Shown here: positions 10,575-19,082 of the stretch, piece after piece | How positions within the stretch are numbered: position 1 is the stretch's first letter | How the letters are laid out: each line of letters starts with the position of its first letter | NCBI RefSeq assembly: GCF_036963705.1 | Contig: NZ_JBALUT010000003.1 | Span: 4,595 to 68,594 of the forward strand | Direction of reading: 5' to 3' | DNA: 64,000 nt | Source of the DNA: Parasphingorhabdus sp. | GTDB lineage: Bacteria; Pseudomonadota; Alphaproteobacteria; Sphingomonadales; Sphingomonadaceae | Translations under genes and position numbers: made by a program | The notes under the pieces: model-generated | What the model saw: the letters and a program-made list of their open reading frames with translations, nothing else | The model's database searches: none | Told to the model about the DNA's origin: nothing

Positions 10575-12340
10575 ATCATGCCTCTTGCATTCCAAATATC
10601 AACAGGAGTGTCGGCTTTGTCTTCGCTGTCCGCAATTGCAATTAGCGCCGAATAAGCTTCGTTTTGCGAAAGATAGACCTTCCCCGACAACTGTTCGAGA
10701 AAATGCGATCGATGCAACCGGTCCATCACCGGACCTTTGACTTCGGACAGATGCAGCGAAATGCCGCCATCCTCGAGCCGGTGGTTGATCGCCTCGATAC
10801 TTTCCAGCGCCGAGGCATCGATCGCGTTCACCGCCGAGCACATCAGCACGACGTGGCGGACGGTCTTCTGTTCGGCGACTTGCTCGAGAATGAATTCCTC
10901 CAGCCAGCGCGCGTTGAGATAGGTCAGGCTTTCGTCGATACGAATGGTCAGTATACGGGGATCGGTGAAAACCTTGTGGCGGTTGACGTTGCGGAAATGC
11001 TCGGTTTCGGGAACCCGACCGACAATCGCGGCATGGGGCCGCGAACTGCGCCACAGGAACAGCGCGAGACTGAGGGCTACACCGGCGATCACACCCGGTT
11101 CTACCCCGGCGAGCAAGGTAACGCCGATGGTCGCTGCCATGGCGGCAAAATCCATTTTCGAATAGCGCCAGATCGTTCGCGGGGTTTTGAAGTCGACGAG
11201 GCTCAGCACGGCGACGATGATGGTCGCGGCCAGGGTGGCGATTGGAAGCGAAGCGAGCAGCGGCGTCAGAAAAAGCGCCGCCAGGGCGATGCCCACTGCG
11301 GTGAAGGCTCCGGCAGCGGGAGTCTCTGCTCCAGCGTCAAAATTCACCACCGAACGGGCAAATCCGCCGGTCACCGGATAGCCACCGGAAAAAGCCGCCG
11401 AGATATTGGCTGCGCCGAGGCCGATCAGTTCCTGATCCGGGTCGATCCGCTGACGGCGCTTGGCCGCCAAAGTCTGGCCGACAGAAACGGATTCTACAAA
11501 TCCGATGATGCTGAGCAGCAGCGCCGGTATCGCAAGCGTTTTCCAAAGCTCCAGATCGATCAGCGGAACGGAAAAGGGTGGCAGACTCTGCGGAATGTCG
11601 CCGACTACGCTGACTCCCTTTGCCTCGAGTCCGAACACAATGGTCGCAATGGTCGAAACGGCGACTGCGGCAATCGGTCCGGCCTTGGCGATCAGTTCGG
11701 CCGGGCGTGCAGGAAGACCGAAGCGCATAAGCAATGGCTTCAGGCCTTTGCGCACCCAGAAGAGAAAGGCAGTTGCGGAGACGCCGATGATCAGCGTCGG
11801 AACATTGGTGGTGCCAATTGTTGCGGCGATGCTTGAAACCAGTTCGGGCATGGCCGCTCCACTGGCCTTGATACCGAAGATCGATTTCAGCTGGCTCGTC
11901 GCGATGATGATCCCGCTGGCGGTGATGAAGCCCGACACCACCGGATGGGACAGTAGATTGGCGAGAAAGCCGAGCTTGAATATGCCAAGCAGCAGAAGGA
12001 ACAGTCCGGAGAGCAGTGCCAATACCAATGCAGCAGCGATAAATTCGGCACTACCGGGCGCGGCAATGGCGCTCGCGGCGGTCAGTGTCATTAGCGACAC
12101 CACCGCAACCGGTCCGACCGCCAATGTCCGGCTGGTGCCGAATACCGCATAGGCAATCAGTGGCAGGATCGAGGCGTAAAGCCCTATCTCCGGCGGCAAC
12201 CCTGCCAGCATCGCATAAGCCAGACTCTGTGGGATCAGCATGATCGTGACAATGATCGCGGCGACACCGTCGTTGGTCAGCGTGGTGCTGTTATAGCGGC
12301 TGCCCCAATCGAGGATCGGCAGATAGCGGGATATTTTCAC
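10571..12340 (-). CDS. SulP family anion transporter with C-terminal STAS domain
   Basis: 589 aa with a SulP membrane core and a STAS tail (VRHVVLMCSAVNAIDASALESIEAINHRL). Confidence 0.92.
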   Translation of the reverse strand: MKISRYLPILDWGSRYNSTTLTNDGVAAIIVTIMLIPQSLAYAMLAGLPPEIGLYASILPLIAYAVFGTSRTLAVGPVAVVSLMTLTAASAIAAPGSAEFIAAALVLALLSGLFLLLLGIFKLGFLANLLSHPVVSGFITASGIIIATSQLKSIFGIKASGAAMPELVSSIAATIGTTNVPTLIIGVSATAFLFWVRKGLKPLLMRFGLPARPAELIAKAGPIAAVAVSTIATIVFGLEAKGVSVVGDIPQSLPPFSVPLIDLELWKTLAIPALLLSIIGFVESVSVGQTLAAKRRQRIDPDQELIGLGAANISAAFSGGYPVTGGFARSVVNFDAGAETPAAGAFTAVGIALAALFLTPLLASLPIATLAATIIVAVLSLVDFKTPRTIWRYSKMDFAAMAATIGVTLLAGVEPGVIAGVALSLALFLWRSSRPHAAIVGRVPETEHFRNVNRHKVFTDPRILTIRIDESLTYLNARWLEEFILEQVAEQKTVRHVVLMCSAVNAIDASALESIEAINHRLEDGGISLHLSEVKGPVMDRLHRSHFLEQLSGKVYLSQNEAYSALIAIADSEDKADTPVDIWNARGMI

Positions 12341-12348
12341 GGGCTATC

Positions 12349-13944
12349 TTATTCCGAGCCGATGCGGTGCGGCTTGACCATCCATTCACGGCCCTTGAGC
12401 ATGCCGTGCCAGTAGACCGGCGGCAGGATCGTGTCCTTGAGCAGCCACGACAGCCGCGATGGCCTTGTGCCGTCGATCAGCCAGTTCGGGAAGCTCGGCA
12501 ACAGCTTTCCGCCATAGCCGAATTCGGCGAGCACAACCTTGCCGCGTTCAACAGTCAGTGGGCAGCTGCCATAGCCGTCGTAATCGGCGACCGGTGGCTT
12601 GCCATCGAGGGCGGCGAGCGCGTTGACGGCAACGATCGGGGCCTGTTTACGAACGGCCGCCATCGTTTTGGCATTGGGCGCGCTACAGGCATCGCCGAGC
12701 GCAAATATATTGGCATATTTCATGTGGCGTAGAGTATCAGGATCGACATCAACGAAGCCGCTTTCGGCGGCCAGCGGGCTGGAGCGGACAAAATCGGGAG
12801 CGACTTGCGGCGGGACAACATGGATCATGTCGAACTTCACTTCGACTCTTTTGGTCTCTTCGCCATATTTCTGTTCAAAGGTGGCAATTTGCGCCGGACC
12901 GTCGATTGCAACCAGTCTGGATTCCAGCTTGAGATGGATGTCATAGCGATCAACATATTCCATCAGGGCGGGCACATATTCCTTGATACCAAACAGCACT
13001 GCACCGGTGTTGTGGAACTGTACGTCGATGTTGCCCAGAACGCCCTGTTTTTCCCACTTGCTGCAGGACAGATACATCGCCTTTTGCGGTGCGCCAGCGC
13101 ATTTGATCGGCATCGGTGGCTGGGTGAACAAGGCGGTCCCACTGGTCAGGTCTTTCACCAGACGATATGTATAGGGCGCGAGATCGAAGCGGTAATTGGA
13201 CGTGACGCCATTTTTGCCCAGCGTCTCCGGCAGGCCGTCAATGGCTGCCCAGTCAAGCTTGATGCCCGGACAAACGATCAGCACATCGTAGCCGACTTCC
13301 TGTCCGTCAGCGGTGAGCACGGAGTTATTTTCGGGATCGAATGAGCTGACCGCAGACTTTATCCATTGCGCCCGCGCAGGGATCAGGTCCTTTTCCTTGC
13401 GGTGCGTGAATTCCGCAGAAAAGGCTCCGCCACCGACCATGGTCCAGCCGGGCTGGTAATAATGGTCTTCCGACGGGTCGATAATCGCGAGCGAGATATT
13501 CCTGTCGCGCTTGAGCATGCTGGCAGCGGTCGCGATGCCAGCGGAGCCGCCACCGACGATGACGACATTGAAGCGGCTGGATGTTGATGGTGTTTTCGCT
13601 GATTTAACCTGTGCCATGTCCGTCAATTTGGTCGACCGGGCACCGGACCGGCAATAGGCGAGGACCGGAGCGGGAAGATCCGCCAGCGCTGCGGCCATTC
13701 TTTCGCCGTCCTGATCGGTGATCGCACCGGACACTGCCGGGACATATGCGAACTTAAGGCCGGATTCTTTCGCTGCTTTGGCCACTGCAGCGGAACGGGG
13801 ATGGGCGCCTGCCTCGTCGTCGGGACGGTTGCAGATGATCGATTTGAAGCCGGCTTTCGCCAGTTCCGTGACACTGCCAAGCTCCAGTTGCGGCGATACG
13901 CTAACAGCGTCGGTCAACTTCGTAATTTGTAGCTTGCTCGTCAT
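12349..13944 (-). CDS. Fusion of a DUF442 (PTP-like sulfur-transferase) domain and type II sulfide:quinone oxidoreductase
   Basis: The N-terminal ~120 aa are DUF442-like (ITKLTDAVSVSPQL...SIICNRPDDE...AYCRSGARS). This is followed by FNVVIVGGGSAGIATA (FAD fold), PIKCAGAPQKAMY and LGDACSAPNAKTMAAV (type II SQR redox Cys motifs). Confidence 0.85.
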   Translation of the reverse strand: MTSKLQITKLTDAVSVSPQLELGSVTELAKAGFKSIICNRPDDEAGAHPRSAAVAKAAKESGLKFAYVPAVSGAITDQDGERMAAALADLPAPVLAYCRSGARSTKLTDMAQVKSAKTPSTSSRFNVVIVGGGSAGIATAASMLKRDRNISLAIIDPSEDHYYQPGWTMVGGGAFSAEFTHRKEKDLIPARAQWIKSAVSSFDPENNSVLTADGQEVGYDVLIVCPGIKLDWAAIDGLPETLGKNGVTSNYRFDLAPYTYRLVKDLTSGTALFTQPPMPIKCAGAPQKAMYLSCSKWEKQGVLGNIDVQFHNTGAVLFGIKEYVPALMEYVDRYDIHLKLESRLVAIDGPAQIATFEQKYGEETKRVEVKFDMIHVVPPQVAPDFVRSSPLAAESGFVDVDPDTLRHMKYANIFALGDACSAPNAKTMAAVRKQAPIVAVNALAALDGKPPVADYDGYGSCPLTVERGKVVLAEFGYGGKLLPSFPNWLIDGTRPSRLSWLLKDTILPPVYWHGMLKGREWMVKPHRIGSE

Positions 13945-13972
13945 TGGACATCCTTCATTATCGTGTCTCTAC

Positions 13973-14380
13973 TTAACTTGTCACCCGATGCGCGATCATA
14001 CCGGCCAGCAATGCGCCGACGAATGCTAACGCGGGCAGGGGATTGATCGCCAGGTCGGCCAGACCAGGGCCCGGGCAGAGGCCACTAATGCCCCAGCCGG
14101 CTCCGAAAAGGACCGCACCGATTGTGAGTTTGCGATCAATCAGCGTGGTGCCGGGAAGCGAGAAATGCGCATCGGCAAATGGCTTGTCCAGACGCCGCTG
14201 GATGATCCAGGCGAAAGCCATAGGAATCATCGCTCCGCCCATCACAAAGGCGAGGGTCGGGTCCCAATGGCCGAAGAGATCGAGAAAGCCCTGCACCCGG
14301 GCAGGATCGGCCATGCCTGAAAAGGCTAAGCCTGCGCCGAACAGGGCTCCGGCGAAAAGAGCGACCAATATCTGTCTCAC
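13973..14380 (-). CDS. YeeE/YedE family (sulfur-compound transport-like) membrane protein
   Basis: 135 aa, 4 TM, GxGLxxSGM-type motif. Overlaps the next gene by 4 nt. Confidence 0.8.
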   Translation of the reverse strand: MRQILVALFAGALFGAGLAFSGMADPARVQGFLDLFGHWDPTLAFVMGGAMIPMAFAWIIQRRLDKPFADAHFSLPGTTLIDRKLTIGAVLFGAGWGISGLCPGPGLADLAINPLPALAFVGALLAGMIAHRVTS

Positions 14381-14817
14381 AAGAAACCTCCTGCGCGCAT
14401 CAGCGCCACGGTGACAAAGCCGCTGGCCATGAAGATGGCCGTGGCAATCAACGAACGGGGGGACAGTCTCGACATGCCGCAGACGCCGTGACCGCTGGTG
14501 CAGCCGGAGCCGAGACGCGTGCCGTAGCCGACCAGCAAACCGCCGATGACCAGCGGAATGACCGATGCCGGAAAGCGGGTTTCGATACCGCCGGTGACCA
14601 GGGAAATTATCAGGGCGCCCAGTGGTAGTCCGATGACAAATGCGGTGGCTATGCCGCGCGGCGCTCCGCTATCGGCGATGCCGGTGGCGCGCGCCGCCAG
14701 GCCGCTGACTCCGGCGATGCGACCGAGGCCGAGCAACATCACTGCTGCAGCTAGCCCGATCATCAAACCGCCGATCAGGCCTTCCAGCGGCATGGCATGG
14801 GGAAAAGCGGTGAGCAT
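14377..14817 (-). CDS. YeeE/YedE family membrane protein
   Basis: 146 aa with a GSGCTSGHGVCG motif typical of the family. Confidence 0.8.
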   Translation of the reverse strand: MLTAFPHAMPLEGLIGGLMIGLAAAVMLLGLGRIAGVSGLAARATGIADSGAPRGIATAFVIGLPLGALIISLVTGGIETRFPASVIPLVIGGLLVGYGTRLGSGCTSGHGVCGMSRLSPRSLIATAIFMASGFVTVALMRAGGFL

Positions 14818-15734
14818 CAGACGCCGTTCAACGGAACTTTGAGGTAGCGCACTCCATTATCTTCCTCGGGCGGCAAATGTCCGGCCCGCATATTGACCTG
14901 CACGGACGGCAGGATCAGCCGCGGCATATCCAGCGTCTTGTCACGCTCGGTCCGCATTTTGACAAATTCGTCCTCGGTCACGCCGTCATGCGCATGGATA
15001 TTGTTCTTCCGCTGCTCGGCGACGGTGGTTTCCCAGACATATTCGGTCCGGCCGGCCGGCAGATAATCATGGCACATGAACAGGCGGGTGCTGTCGGGCA
15101 GCGATAACAGGCGCCGCATTGACTGGTAGAGTTTGCGCGCGTCGCCGCCGGGGAAATCGGCCCGGGCTGTTCCGTAATCCGGCATGAACATCGTGTCGCC
15201 GACGAAGACCGCATCGCCGATGACATAGGCGATATCGGCCGGCGTATGGCCGGGCACGTGCATCACCGTCACATCAAGATCGCCGATCTTGAACGTATCG
15301 CCGTCGGCGAACAGGCGATCGAAATCCGATCCGTCGCGCTGGAATTCGGTTCCGGCGTTGAACAATTTGCCGAATACGTCCTGAACCGTCACGATATGCT
15401 CGCCAATGGCAATTTTGCCGCCAAGCTTTTCCTGCAGATAGGGCGCAGCCGACAGGTGATCGGCATGGGCGTGGGTTTCGAGCAGCCACTGGACCGTCAG
15501 ACCCTGTTCCTTGACATAGGCAATCACCTCGTCGGCGGAATCGAAGGAGGTTCGACCGGAAGCCGGATCAAAATCGAACACGCTGTCGATGATGGCGGCG
15601 CATTTGGTCTCCTTGTCATGCACCACATAGGTCACCGTATAGGTTGGCTGGTCAAAAAAAGCCTTGATAACGGGGAGATGCTGCTGCGCGCGGGAGATTT
15701 GTTCCGTTGCATGAATCAGTGCCGAATCAGTCAT
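14817..15734 (-). CDS. MBL-fold persulfide dioxygenase (ETHE1/Blh-like)
   Basis: Has THAHADHLSAA (HxHxDH), VMHVPGHTPADIAYV and FMCHDY. Context with SQR supports the call. Confidence 0.8.
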   Translation of the reverse strand: MTDSALIHATEQISRAQQHLPVIKAFFDQPTYTVTYVVHDKETKCAAIIDSVFDFDPASGRTSFDSADEVIAYVKEQGLTVQWLLETHAHADHLSAAPYLQEKLGGKIAIGEHIVTVQDVFGKLFNAGTEFQRDGSDFDRLFADGDTFKIGDLDVTVMHVPGHTPADIAYVIGDAVFVGDTMFMPDYGTARADFPGGDARKLYQSMRRLLSLPDSTRLFMCHDYLPAGRTEYVWETTVAEQRKNNIHAHDGVTEDEFVKMRTERDKTLDMPRLILPSVQVNMRAGHLPPEEDNGVRYLKVPLNGV

Positions 15735-15757
15735 AGATAATTCCTCAAATTCATATT

Positions 15758-15785
15758 TACATAAACTATGTAATACATTATATGT
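15758..15785. promoter_or_regulatory. Two adjacent AT-rich palindromes in the divergent promoter region (candidate ArsR-family operator)
   Basis: TACATAaacTATGTA (15758-15772) and ACATtatATGT (15775-15785) lie in the 100-bp gap between the dioxygenase operon and prx-arsR. Confidence 0.4.
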
Positions 15786-15834
15786 GTTGCGTCAATATGC
15801 CAACACTGCCAATTCTCGGGAGAGGTGAAAATTA

Positions 15835-16467
15835 ATGTCAGACGCGTTGCAGGTAAAGTCAGGGTCATTGCGTATAGGGGACGTCGCCCCGGACTTTGAG
15901 GCGCGTACAACCCGTGGTCCGGTCAAGCTGTCCGACTATCGCGGGCGGTGGCTGATCTTCTTCTCGCATCCCGCCGACTTCACCCCGGTCTGCACCACCG
16001 AATTTGTCGCCCTTGCGCGCCATCAGGACCGGTTCGAAGCGATGGACTGCGCCTTGCTCGGCCTGTCAGTGGACAGCCTCTATTCCCATCTTGCCTGGGC
16101 GCGGGCCATCGAGAAAAAGTTCGACGTCAAAATCCCCTTTCCGATCGTTGAGGACCCGAGCATGGCGGTCGGCCGTGCCTTTGGCATGATCGACGAAAAT
16201 GCCGCCGATTCTGCAGCGATGCGGACCAGCTATTTTATCGATCCGGAAGGGATTGTCCGCGCGACCACCTGCTATCCGCACAATGTCGGACGGTCGGTCG
16301 ACGAGATTCTCCGCATGCTGGCGGCGCTGCAACTCACCGACAAGGAAAACGTGCTGACTCCCGAAGGGTGGCAACCCGGTGACGATGTGCTGGCGATACC
16401 GTCGCTATCGGCAAAGGATATCAGTCAGGACGAAGACTGGTTCTGCCATGTAGTGAGAGCCCCGTGA
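15835..16467 (+). CDS. Peroxiredoxin (Prx6/1-Cys-like)
   Basis: Has FSHPADFTPVCTTE, the peroxidatic Cys motif. 210 aa. Confidence 0.9.
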   Translation: MSDALQVKSGSLRIGDVAPDFEARTTRGPVKLSDYRGRWLIFFSHPADFTPVCTTEFVALARHQDRFEAMDCALLGLSVDSLYSHLAWARAIEKKFDVKIPFPIVEDPSMAVGRAFGMIDENAADSAAMRTSYFIDPEGIVRATTCYPHNVGRSVDEILRMLAALQLTDKENVLTPEGWQPGDDVLAIPSLSAKDISQDEDWFCHVVRAP

Positions 16468-16862
16468 CTGCAATATTCGAAAGCCGAGTCCGGGCTGATG
16501 CGGCCAGCGAGAAGCTGAAAATCTTCGCTCAGCCGCAGCGGTTGATGATCTTGTCCTTTCTGCTCCGCGGCGAAAGCAGCGTGAGCGATATCGATGCCGC
16601 AACAAGAATCGGCCAGCCGGCACTCAGTCAGCAACTTGCGGCTCTGAGGCAGGCAGACGTCGTGAAAACACGCAGGGAAGGAAAGCAAATCTGGTATGAT
16701 CTTGCCGATGACGCCTCGCGTCTTTGCGTCAGAACGATGGAGGCCTTGTTGACCGAGGAACCTGATCCGCAGCGCATCGTGGCGGCAGCGACAACGGTCG
16801 CCGCTCCAGCGAAAAAACCGGTGACCGGAACAGGAACGGCCGGCTTCGCGAAAATATTATAG
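16464..16862 (+). CDS. ArsR/SmtB family transcriptional regulator
   Basis: wHTH sequence FAQPQRLMILSFLL...SVSDIDAATRIGQPALSQQLAALRQADVVKTRREGKQIWY. GTG start overlaps the prx stop (GTGA). Confidence 0.85.
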   Translation: MTAIFESRVRADAASEKLKIFAQPQRLMILSFLLRGESSVSDIDAATRIGQPALSQQLAALRQADVVKTRREGKQIWYDLADDASRLCVRTMEALLTEEPDPQRIVAAATTVAAPAKKPVTGTGTAGFAKIL

Positions 16863-16878
16863 GATAGGAACACCAACG

Positions 16879-17754
16879 ATGAGCAATGATAATGCCGATC
16901 AAGGCCAGCAGCCCGAAGAGATAAAACCCGAAGACTGGGCTGGTGAAATGGGTCTGAAATGGCTCGCCAACCTCTCCTTGTTCGAAGAAATGATCGCCCC
17001 GATCGGCGACGCATTGCTGGCTCGCGCTGATTTTCAGCCGGGCGAAACCGTGATTGATCTGGGTTGTGGTGGCGCTGCTACAACGCTTGCGATTGCCGAT
17101 GCGGTGGCGCCTTCGGGTAAGGTCATGGGCGTCGATATTTCACCCGACCTTGTCGCTTCCGCTCAGGAACGTGCGTCAAGAAGTGGCGCTGAGAATATAG
17201 AATTTACCTGCGCCGACGCCTCCACCGTCACCTTGTCCGACGCGCCTTATGACCGCCTGTTTTCCCGCTTCGGCAGCATGTTCTTCGAAGACCCCAAGAG
17301 CGCCTTTGCAAATCTGCACGGCTTGGTCCGCAAAGGCGGCCGCATCGATCTGGCGGTATGGGGCCCTCCGCGAGACAATCTCTGGATGATGGAGATGATG
17401 GGTGTCGTCAGAAATCACGTTGAGGTTCCTCCAGCGGTACCGCGCGCGCCGGGGCCGTTTGCTTTTGAAGATCTGGACTATCTTGGCGAGATATTGAGCA
17501 GCGGTGGTTTTTCCGATGTTGATGTTGCTGCCTATGTAGCCTTGCAACCTGTCGGTGGTGTCGGCGCGACGCCGGAGCAGGCCGCCGATTTTGCGTCAGC
17601 CGCAATGGCGACCGGTCGCTTGTTGCGTGATCAAGGGGATGCGGTTGTCAACGCTGCTCGCAAGGAGCTTATCGATCTATTTGCCCGGCACCACGTTCCC
17701 GGAAAAGGTGTGATGATGCAGGGCAAGGTCTGGTTGGTCTCCGCTGTCGCTTGA
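16879..17754 (+). CDS. Class I SAM-dependent methyltransferase
   Basis: Motif I VIDLGCGGAATT and motif post-I VMGVDIS. Confidence 0.85.
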   Translation: MSNDNADQGQQPEEIKPEDWAGEMGLKWLANLSLFEEMIAPIGDALLARADFQPGETVIDLGCGGAATTLAIADAVAPSGKVMGVDISPDLVASAQERASRSGAENIEFTCADASTVTLSDAPYDRLFSRFGSMFFEDPKSAFANLHGLVRKGGRIDLAVWGPPRDNLWMMEMMGVVRNHVEVPPAVPRAPGPFAFEDLDYLGEILSSGGFSDVDVAAYVALQPVGGVGATPEQAADFASAAMATGRLLRDQGDAVVNAARKELIDLFARHHVPGKGVMMQGKVWLVSAVA

Positions 17755-17823
17755 GATGTCGGGCCGGCGCCGGGTTGATCCAACAGGGTCTCCTTGCGCT
17801 ACGCAATGATGAACGGGGAGCGA

Positions 17824-18339
17824 TTACTCGGATATTTTAATGATCTTCTCGTCCAGCACTGCAACTCTGATACCGAGCTTGTGGACCAGCATGATGTTTT
17901 TTGCCGAACGCCCGTCGGCCGCAAGAAAAATATACTGATCAACCGGAAAGCCTCCATCCATGGTGAAGGATATGTGCATCCGGTTTCCTTCCACCGAGAT
18001 TTTAACCGGACCACTGGCATCGCTCAATGAACCAGCATATATATTCTGGCCAATAAGACGAATGTGCCAGCTGCGTTTGCGGAGCGGCTTTTCTCCCTCC
18101 AGCACCTCCTGTTCCAAGACAAGAGTTCCACTCTGGTCCACCGAACCGCTGCCATGAACGATGACCGGAGTTGGCGAAGAAAGAATTTTCCTCAAATTTC
18201 CGCGGCCTTCTGTTCGGCCGGCAAAGAATATCAGCGGATCGAAAACCGGCGATGACGCCGCCAGCCCTTGCGGCACAGAAATCGAGGCGCAGCCGGCCAG
18301 GGACTGAATCAGGACGCACATAATACCAAAGCGAGACAT
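17824..18339 (-). CDS. DUF3833-like lipoprotein
   Basis: Lipobox LAGC after MSRFGIMCVLIQS, then FDPLIFFAGRTEGRG typical of DUF3833. Start moved to ATG 18339. Confidence 0.7.
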   Translation of the reverse strand: MSRFGIMCVLIQSLAGCASISVPQGLAASSPVFDPLIFFAGRTEGRGNLRKILSSPTPVIVHGSGSVDQSGTLVLEQEVLEGEKPLRKRSWHIRLIGQNIYAGSLSDASGPVKISVEGNRMHISFTMDGGFPVDQYIFLAADGRSAKNIMLVHKLGIRVAVLDEKIIKISE

Positions 18340-18551
18340 GTGGTGGATGGATTTGGCAAAATCAGAAGGCTTGGCTCTGGCCACGCGGACGTATTTATCC
18401 GCGAGCCAGAACCAGACGATCAGCAAATGTGACATAGGCGGCGATGGATAGACGCGGCGGCAAGCGCCATGCTCCTGTAAAGATATCGAAGCCATTGGTA
18501 GTTCGGGTGGCAAATGACAGCGCTCATCGTGCTACATCGACCATCGCTCTT

Positions 18552-18800
18552 TCAAACCGCCTTGGCTTTGCTGATCATGGTGGCGACCTCGTCCAATAGA
18601 CTCAGTCGTTGCTTTTTTAGCTCTTCGTTCCGATCGTCAGACGCGGGTTCCACTTCAGCTTCTATGCGGTGAATTTCCTTGTTTACGTCGTGATAACGAT
18701 CCGAGACGGTCCGGAAATGTCCATCGGACAGCTTCAACGCATGTAGAATATCGTTGTCGTTTGGAAATTCGGCATGGAGATCGTGCAATACGTGGCTCAT
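18552..18800 (-). CDS. YdcH/DUF465 family protein
   Basis: 82 aa with HALKLSDGHFRTVSDRYHDVNKEIHRIE. Confidence 0.8.
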   Translation of the reverse strand: MSHVLHDLHAEFPNDNDILHALKLSDGHFRTVSDRYHDVNKEIHRIEAEVEPASDDRNEELKKQRLSLLDEVATMISKAKAV

Positions 18801-19082
18801 TTATATTCCTTTGCTGCAATGGATGCATTTTCGCGAACGGGAGCGGGGCAAAGCTCGGCTTTGCGAACCTGACCCAGCGCCGGATCGATCCAGCAAATAT
18901 TGGTTCGCGCCACTCTCTCATATCAGGAGTTCTACTTACTGCTGCTTTGGCGCGTTAAAGCCTGATTCGCGAATGAATTGGATTATCCCTATTAAGACAC
19001 GGATATAATTACATTTACTTTGGCGGGATTTCCGATCATTCTGCGTCTTGGGTTGTAACCAGTTAATTTATGAGGTGGTTAT

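Noticed and set aside
9777-11836. 292-aa and 390-aa plus-strand ORFs opposite cydA and sulP
   Set aside because: They are antisense to genes with clear family motifs. Their composition is Arg/Gly/His-rich and low-complexity. These are high-GC shadow ORFs.
18801-18900. EcfG/general-stress-type promoter (GGAAC-N16-17-CGTT) upstream of the DUF465 gene and of the GlsB-like gene (62672-62820)
   Set aside because: Only partial resemblances occur (GGTTC...CGTT with wrong spacing). No convincing match was found.
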